64,000 nucleotides of DNA from an uncultured Candidatus Saccharibacteria bacterium. GTDB lineage: Bacteria; Patescibacteriota; Doudnabacteria; UBA920. The translations under genes were made by a program, and so were the position numbers. The DNA is taken from positions 1,343 through 65,342 of the forward strand of contig CAZHIA010000006.1 in NCBI GenBank assembly GCA_964532425.1. The letters run 5' to 3'. Shown here one piece after another: positions 58,438 to 64,000 of the stretch. The first letter of the stretch is position 1. Each line of letters opens with the position of its first letter. The notes under the pieces are model-generated. The model did not search any database. It saw nothing but the letters and a program-made list of their open reading frames with translations, and had not been told where the DNA came from.

Positions 58438-60159
58438 ATGTCCCAGAAATCAACCAGGAGGCCAATAAAAAACCGCACACCGCAAAAAAAACTCAATACA
58501 AAATTTATTTTCGTGTCCGGGGGTGTCATTTCCGGCATCGGGAAGGGGATTACTTCAGCTTCCCTGGCAGCCATTTTGAAATCGAAGGGTTTTTCAGTTT
58601 CTCCAGTCAAGGTTGATATGTATTTGAACCAGGATGCGGGTACTATCCGCCCGCAGGAACACGGCGAAGTGTTTGTGACGCAAGATGGTATTGAGACTGA
58701 CCAGGATCTGGGACATTATGAGCGTTTTACCGACCAATCAATCAAAAAAACGAATTATATTACAACCGGCCAAATTTATGCCGAGGTGCTGCGCAAGGAG
58801 CGCGCGTTCGAGTACGGGGGAGAGGATGTAGAGGCTATCCCGCATGTCACTGACGAGATTATCCGCCGGTTCCAGCTTGCCGGAAAAGGGTACGACTTTT
58901 GCCTGATAGAACTCGGCGGTACCGTGGGAGAATACCAGAACGCTATCTTTTTCGAGGCGACGCGTATTATGAAATTACGGAATCCTCATGATATCTTGCA
59001 TGTGCACGTGGCATACTTGCCGATCCCTTCCTATCTTGGAGAAATGAAGTCCAAACCAGTGCAGCAGTCGGTCAGGATGTTGAACTCCATGGGCATCGAG
59101 CCAGACATTATCGTCGGCCGCAGCGAAGTGCCTATTGACGACCGCCGCAAAGAGCGGGTTGCCTTGTTCTGCAATGTCGACAAAAAGGCTGTTTTGTCCA
59201 ATCCCGATGTCTCGACAATTTATGAGGTACCGGTCATTTTAGACCAGCAGCGCGCCGGAGAGCTGGTATTAGAGAAGCTTGGCGTGCCGCCGCGCGGTCG
59301 CGATATGCACCAGTGGCGCAAGTTGATCGCTACCATTAAGCGTATTGAACGGACAGTAAACGTGGCTGTGGTCGGCAAATATTTCGGGACCGGGAATTTT
59401 ACCCTGTCCGATTCATATGTTTCGGTTATCGAGTCCGTCAAGCATGCTTCGTGGGCGAACAAGGTCAAGACCAAATTGACTTGGATCGACTCGCTGCAGA
59501 TAGAAGAACAAGGAGCGAAGAAGGTCCTTGCCGGTTTTGACGGGATCGTCGTCCCGGGAGGGTTTGGCAGCCGGGGCACTGAAGGCATGATCCAGGCTAT
59601 CCGCTACGCACGTGAAAACAACATACCATATCTCGGCTTGTGCTATGGGATGCAAATGGCTACCATAGAATTCGCACGGAACGTGGCAGGGCTTAAGAAA
59701 GCGAATACGACCGAAGTGGACCAGGCTGCAGCGCACCAAGTCATTCATATTATGCCGGACCAGGAAAAGAAGCTTTTAAACCGCGAGTACGGCGCTACCA
59801 TGCGGCTCGGTTCCTGGGATTGCGTTGTGGCGCGGGGAACCAAGACTGAGAAGTGTTATGCTGACGGCGGCTGGATAAAGAAAACGGGCAAGGCAAAGAT
59901 TTCCGAACGGCACCGCCATCGCTACGAGTTCAACAATGAATACCGGCAGCGGCTTGTGGAAGCGGGTCTGACCATAGCCGGTACAACGCCGGATGGTCAG
60001 CTGGTTGAAGTTGTTGAATTGAAAGATCATCCGTTCTTTGTGGGTAGCCAGTTCCATCCCGAATTTCAGTCCCGGCCACTGCGCCCGCATCCGCTCTTTG
60101 ACGGTTTTATGAAAGCGGTTTCTAAACTCGCACTCAGCAAAACCGCCCAGAAAAAGTAG
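58438..60159 (+). CDS. pyrG: CTP synthase
   Basis: GGVISGIGKG, PGGFG, GLCYGMQ, ERHRHRYE, QFHPE. Confidence 0.98.
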   Translation: MSQKSTRRPIKNRTPQKKLNTKFIFVSGGVISGIGKGITSASLAAILKSKGFSVSPVKVDMYLNQDAGTIRPQEHGEVFVTQDGIETDQDLGHYERFTDQSIKKTNYITTGQIYAEVLRKERAFEYGGEDVEAIPHVTDEIIRRFQLAGKGYDFCLIELGGTVGEYQNAIFFEATRIMKLRNPHDILHVHVAYLPIPSYLGEMKSKPVQQSVRMLNSMGIEPDIIVGRSEVPIDDRRKERVALFCNVDKKAVLSNPDVSTIYEVPVILDQQRAGELVLEKLGVPPRGRDMHQWRKLIATIKRIERTVNVAVVGKYFGTGNFTLSDSYVSVIESVKHASWANKVKTKLTWIDSLQIEEQGAKKVLAGFDGIVVPGGFGSRGTEGMIQAIRYARENNIPYLGLCYGMQMATIEFARNVAGLKKANTTEVDQAAAHQVIHIMPDQEKKLLNREYGATMRLGSWDCVVARGTKTEKCYADGGWIKKTGKAKISERHRHRYEFNNEYRQRLVEAGLTIAGTTPDGQLVEVVELKDHPFFVGSQFHPEFQSRPLRPHPLFDGFMKAVSKLALSKTAQKK

Positions 60160-60275
60160 GCGTTTAGTGATATAAAATTGCGCTTTTCACCCATTGATCT
60201 TGAGGTGGAAAGCGCTTTTTTGTTGGTAAGGTTTTTTGCAAGCGAGCGTCATTACAGGTGCTTTTTAGCCTTTTT

Positions 60276-60770
60276 ATGAAGGATATGAATCTGAACGACG
60301 CACTTATCGCCAGCCTGGCCAGAGTTTTGGCCAGCGAGCGGCAAGGATTAACCCAGCTGGGGGATTTTCTGGCTGCCATACAGACAAACCACAGTCTGAA
60401 TGAGCGATTACCCGAACTTCGGAACAAGCTGGTAGAGCATATGGATAAAACGCGCCAGCATGTGACGGAGATACGGCAATGCGTGAAGCGGTTGGACGGG
60501 CAAAGCTCTGAACCGCCGGTTCCAACTGGATCAGGAGCGGCTGCACCTCCGTTGGGTTTTTCGGTGCTCGATCATAGTGTTGCTGCTTATGCAGGAGAAC
60601 ATCGCCACATCGCTTTGTATACCCTCATGGCAGCGATCGCCCAAGAGCTGGGTGACGAGCAAACAATGCACTGTGCCGAGCAGATACTGTCAGACGAGCA
60701 GGAAATGGCCGGCTGGCTGACTGACGAGCTCCCCGGATTGGTACAGGAATATTTGCGGTTGCAGGAGTAA
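60276..60770 (+). CDS. ferritin-like DUF892 (YciE-like) protein
   Basis: HMDKTRQH, EHRHIALY, ILSDEQEMA. Confidence 0.75.
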   Translation: MKDMNLNDALIASLARVLASERQGLTQLGDFLAAIQTNHSLNERLPELRNKLVEHMDKTRQHVTEIRQCVKRLDGQSSEPPVPTGSGAAAPPLGFSVLDHSVAAYAGEHRHIALYTLMAAIAQELGDEQTMHCAEQILSDEQEMAGWLTDELPGLVQEYLRLQE

Positions 60771-60839
60771 AATAGTGATTTGATTGCGGGTTCATAAAGT
60801 CAGTGCAGTGATTGGTAAGAGGTCAAAGGAGATGTGTAC

Positions 60840-61121
60840 ATGGATAACCACGATGAAATTCCGGGTACTCCCCAGGCGGATTATCCGGGACCAACAGAAG
60901 AAGCTGAAGTGACCGGCGGCGAGGCGGTGGCCTTTGATATTGCCCGTTTTCTGGAGAGCGTTGCTTATCCTGCAACTAAAGAAGATATCTTGGATTATGC
61001 GGAAGACCAGGGTGTGGAGGAGGTGGTGTATGAAATGCTCGACCAGCTTCCGGAAACCACATACAATACGTCCACTGACGTCAGCCAAGCGCTCGGGGAG
61101 AATGCGAACGAGGTGACATAA
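60840..61121 (+). CDS. DUF2795 family protein
   Basis: FLESVAYPATKEDILDYA...LP...YNTSTDV. Confidence 0.8.
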   Translation: MDNHDEIPGTPQADYPGPTEEAEVTGGEAVAFDIARFLESVAYPATKEDILDYAEDQGVEEVVYEMLDQLPETTYNTSTDVSQALGENANEVT

Positions 61122-61125
61122 ATAT

Positions 61126-61244
61126 ATCGAATCTACAAATAAGACGAATCTACGAAGGACTACGAATTGCGAATTCGTATTTTCGTTGAGGATTCGTTGA
61201 TTCGCCTGCCTGGCGGTAGGCAGGTTCCATTCGGAGATTCGATA
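61126..61244. repeat. CGAAT inverted element with nested CCTGCCTGGCGGTAGGCAGG
   Basis: Direct inspection. Confidence 0.8.
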
Positions 61245-61321
61245 CATTAAAGTAGGATTGACGCATTATGTTGTCAGTCTTTTGGTTACCGTCCGTCCCA
61301 TAGTACTAAGGAAACCTCAAT

Positions 61322-61465
61322 ATGAAAAAAATAATCACTGGTCTGTTTTTTATTTTCTTTGCGTTATTCCTGTTTAATATAGCCATGCTGGAAGCTACCC
61401 GGCTGTTGCCGCAGGAGCAGGGGATTGTTCAGAGCACGCAAGCCGTCTCGTTCGTAAACAAATAA
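61322..61465 (+). CDS. small single-TM peptide
   Basis: MKKIITGLFFIFFALFLFNIAML..., 47 aa, below the ORF-track cutoff. Confidence 0.5.
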   Translation: MKKIITGLFFIFFALFLFNIAMLEATRLLPQEQGIVQSTQAVSFVNK

Positions 61466-61537
61466 CCGCATACTCGCATGTGGTTGTATTCAATGATAAA
61501 AAACACCCCGACTCATCGAGGTGTTTTTTGTGAGGTC

Positions 61538-61831
61538 TTATTTCTTGGCCGTGGTCTTCGGGCTAACGCTGACGATGCGCGTGCGCTTGAGATTGCCGTG
61601 GAATTTAGCGACTTTCTTGTTCTGGAATTTCACAACTCCGTCTGCTGCGGCATAGAGCGTGGAATCTCCCCCGACCCGTACGTTTTTGCCGGCAGCATAC
61701 TTGGTGCCGTGCTGGCGTACAATGACTTCGCCCTGTTTGACGGTCTGGTTGCCGAACACTTTGACCCCGAGGCGCTTACTGATGCTATCGCGGCCGTATT
61801 GTGTTGAGCCACCGGCTTTCTTATGTGCCAT
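61538..61831 (-). CDS. rpmA: 50S ribosomal protein L27
   Basis: [16 protein letters not shown]. Confidence 0.98.
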   Translation of the reverse strand: MAHKKAGGSTQYGRDSISKRLGVKVFGNQTVKQGEVIVRQHGTKYAAGKNVRVGGDSTLYAAADGVVKFQNKKVAKFHGNLKRTRIVSVSPKTTAKK

Positions 61832-61838
61832 ACAATTA

Positions 61839-61935
61839 TAATCCTAATAATCCGAATTAGTATCCGAATGCCCCGAATGATCCCGTTTTTGATTCGGGTA
61901 ATTCGGATTGCAAGTATTCGGATAATTCGGATTAT
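61839..61935. repeat. CCGAAT 9-mer inverted element
   Basis: Reverse complement resembles the 42247 copy. Confidence 0.85.
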
Positions 61936-61937
61936 GC

Positions 61938-63260
61938 TTACTGCTTTTCAAAAATCGCTATTTCCCGGGCCACGATCTGATCCTTGCGGTCGTAGATGGC
62001 GGTACCTCGCGCGGTAAGCTTCAGAAATGGCATGGACTTGCTGACGCCCGAGGGGACAATAGCTAATAAATTATAACCGAGAGTAGCGGCAAAGTCAAGG
62101 CTTTCCAAGGTCTCATAGGTATCCCGGGTCTTTTTATAAGCCGGGATGCACATAATAACTCTACCTTTTGGCGGCAGGAATTTGGCGAACTCCTGGAAGG
62201 CTTTTTCGTATAATTTAGACAGATTTCGGAAGTTGTCTTGAATTTCTGCGGGTTTTGGATACACGGAGTAGATGGGGCCCAGTGTGCTTTCCGTGACCAC
62301 CGATTGGACAGACTGTCCGGCCACGAGTTTGGCGACATCCGTGGCGTCTGAGACTTCCAAATGATACCTTCCTGGGGCGACTTTGTAGCGGTTGCGGAAC
62401 CATTCCAGGTTAGTTTCCGATCCCTTAATAGCCTGCTTATTAATGTCGGAGCCGAGCATTTTAAACCCGAGCAAAAGGCCTTCTTGCACCATAGTGCCAA
62501 TGCCACAAAAAGGATCGAGGATGGTCGCACCTTGCTTGCAGCCGGAAAGGTTCAGCATGATCTGGGCAACTTTCGGAGGAATCATGCCTTGTTTTTCATC
62601 ACGAACCGGGCGCTGATAATCGCGCCGGCCATAGTCCTCAAAATCCTGCACCGTGCAGGTTTTGGCTGTGTACACAATATCCTTGCCAGCTAGGATGCAG
62701 ATCTCGGCGCCTTTTTGCAGCAGCAGATTCTTAGTAACGACCACTGAGGCCAGGGCGAGCGCGTTGAATTCCGGTAAAACCAGGCGGGCGCTTGCGCCGC
62801 CTTCCGTGAGAACATTCTTGATCATCATGCCGACGCGTTTCGGTTCGCCGAAGACGGTAGGGGCTGGCCGCTTGTCTGCCGGCTGGGGTTTGGGCCGCTG
62901 GGCCAGGGCCATATCAAGCAGGTACACGCTGATCCCGAACTGAATCTTGCCCTTGTATTCTTTGAGGAAGCTTTTTTTGAGCGTGCTGGGTTTGAAATAA
63001 TACTTGAGCGCGAAGTTGATTGAGTCCTGCTCGCGCTTTTTGACGGCGTCGACGATCTGCAGGATCTTAACAACACCACCAAGCTGGCGCTGTAGTTTTT
63101 CCAGCGGGAGAGGGGAATCTGTTTCTATGACGATTGCTTCCGGTGAAGCATGGAGTACTGCGACTTCCGAGGCGATGCCTAAATCCTTTCTAGTGAGGAC
63201 GGCAAACAACTCCGCTATCGATAGGGTATAGACTCTCCCAAGCACGAACGCGTATTTCAT
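61938..63260 (-). CDS. TRM11/UPF0020-like RNA methyltransferase
   Basis: GMIPPKVAQIMLNL, ILDPFCGIGT, GSDIN. Confidence 0.85.
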   Translation of the reverse strand: MKYAFVLGRVYTLSIAELFAVLTRKDLGIASEVAVLHASPEAIVIETDSPLPLEKLQRQLGGVVKILQIVDAVKKREQDSINFALKYYFKPSTLKKSFLKEYKGKIQFGISVYLLDMALAQRPKPQPADKRPAPTVFGEPKRVGMMIKNVLTEGGASARLVLPEFNALALASVVVTKNLLLQKGAEICILAGKDIVYTAKTCTVQDFEDYGRRDYQRPVRDEKQGMIPPKVAQIMLNLSGCKQGATILDPFCGIGTMVQEGLLLGFKMLGSDINKQAIKGSETNLEWFRNRYKVAPGRYHLEVSDATDVAKLVAGQSVQSVVTESTLGPIYSVYPKPAEIQDNFRNLSKLYEKAFQEFAKFLPPKGRVIMCIPAYKKTRDTYETLESLDFAATLGYNLLAIVPSGVSKSMPFLKLTARGTAIYDRKDQIVAREIAIFEKQ

Positions 63261-63316
63261 ATGCCAAAATTACGTTAGACTATTTTTTTATAAATAAGTG
63301 GTATACTTAAAAGGCC

Positions 63317-63706
63317 ATGGACTATAAGGGATTGAAACAAAAATTCATTGCACATAAGCAGGAATTTGTCCTCGCTATCTGTTTTATGTTGGTGTTTTTA
63401 GTTGGTTTCGGTGCGGGTCGTTTTGAGCAGCAGCTGCGGCGCGATGCGGCTTTGCAATCACATTATACCACACCGGCACCCAAAAAAGCGAGTGCCCAAC
63501 CCGCTGCGCCCGCCCCGGCGGCAGGGGAGAAGGTGCTGGCCGCCAGTAGCAGTCAGCCATGCTTGATAAAAGGGAACATTTCATCGGGAGGGAAGAAAGT
63601 CTACCATGTTGCCGGAGGTGCTTTTTATAAGACTGTCAAACCCGAACAATGCTTTGATACGGAGGCGGCTGCCCAAACTGCCGGGTTCGTAAAGTCACAG
63701 AGGTGA
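63317..63706 (+). CDS. membrane-anchored protein with C-terminal CxIKGN (Ada-like metal-binding) domain
   Basis: CLIKGNIS...YH...CFDTEAAAQTAGF. Confidence 0.75.
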   Translation: MDYKGLKQKFIAHKQEFVLAICFMLVFLVGFGAGRFEQQLRRDAALQSHYTTPAPKKASAQPAAPAPAAGEKVLAASSSQPCLIKGNISSGGKKVYHVAGGAFYKTVKPEQCFDTEAAAQTAGFVKSQR

Positions 63707-63710
63707 CAGT

Positions 63711-63807
63711 ATAATCCGAATGATCCGAATACTGCAATCCAAATGCCCCAAATGAATTCATTCGATTCGGATCATTCGGGTTGCAGTATTCGGGGTATTC
63801 GTATTAT
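63711..63807. repeat. CCGAAT 9-mer inverted element
   Basis: Same family as 42247. Confidence 0.85.
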
Positions 63808-63814
63808 GTGATAT

Positions 63815-63845
63815 AAAAACCCGTGCGGAGGAAACCCCGCACGGG
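63815..63845 (-). terminator. terminator of a minus-strand transcript from beyond the window
   Basis: AAAAACCCGTGCGG...CCGCACGGG. Confidence 0.7.
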
Positions 63846-64000
63846 AAGGAAGGATACCATCGAACGTATATGGCCTTGTAAGGCCAGGGGCAAAGTTAGT
63901 ACGCACAGGAGGATGCGTACAGTAGCTTTGGCTTTTTATGAAAACTTGCATATGTGCTGCATCACAGCAAAAGTAGGATGCCCACAAGTTCCATTCCAAG

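Noticed and set aside
218-63807. CRISPR arrays
   Set aside because: Repeats are dispersed palindromes of 7-9-mers, not identical direct repeats with regular spacers, and no cas genes are present
316-63999. Numerous overlapping or antisense ORFs (e.g. 1757-2437, 17399-18127, 21556-22353, 38308-39048)
   Set aside because: They shadow well-supported genes and have no motifs or SD
1-64000. tRNA, rRNA or tmRNA genes
   Set aside because: No cloverleaf or rRNA signature recognised by eye; tRNAscan/Infernal would be needed to exclude them fully
1-64000. Alternative genetic code (UGA=Gly)
   Set aside because: Conserved genes such as gatB, tmk and thyX end at TGA at expected lengths, and no internal TGA breaks were seen
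1-64000. Diversity-generating retroelement, retron or intron
   Set aside because: No reverse transcriptase or TR/VR pair seen

Overview
About 64 kb of a bacterial chromosome read in standard code 11. Gene content and style suggest a Patescibacteria/CPR (Parcubacteria-like) organism; this is inference. The housekeeping backbone is clpC (with a CIRCE), recX, lemA-htpX, secA, gatCAB, miaA, holB, frr, rseP, proS, mreBCD-mrdA, folD, secE-nusG-rplK...rplA, a dTMP cluster (dCMP deaminase, dut, tmk, thyX), prfB, ftsEX, rplI, pyrG and rpmA. Three things stand out. (1) About 30 intergenic palindromic elements built from tandem 7-9-mers, in several families, fill gaps between core genes; related REP-like hairpins are inserted in-frame inside miaA, htpX and probably gatA/prfB. 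(2) Two DUF559 endonuclease genes are each boxed by their own palindromic inverted repeats. (3) An accessory island (~13.8-25.2 kb) with strong SD sites and none of these repeats carries a PEP-CTERM protein and an unknown cluster (wHTH/coiled-coil, MTase-like, small protein, HTH, MORC-like GHKL ATPase with Ig-like domains, large coiled-coil), with a stand-alone JAB protein nearby. No tRNA, rRNA, CRISPR array, integrase or transposase was recognised. All calls are by eye; no database searches were run.
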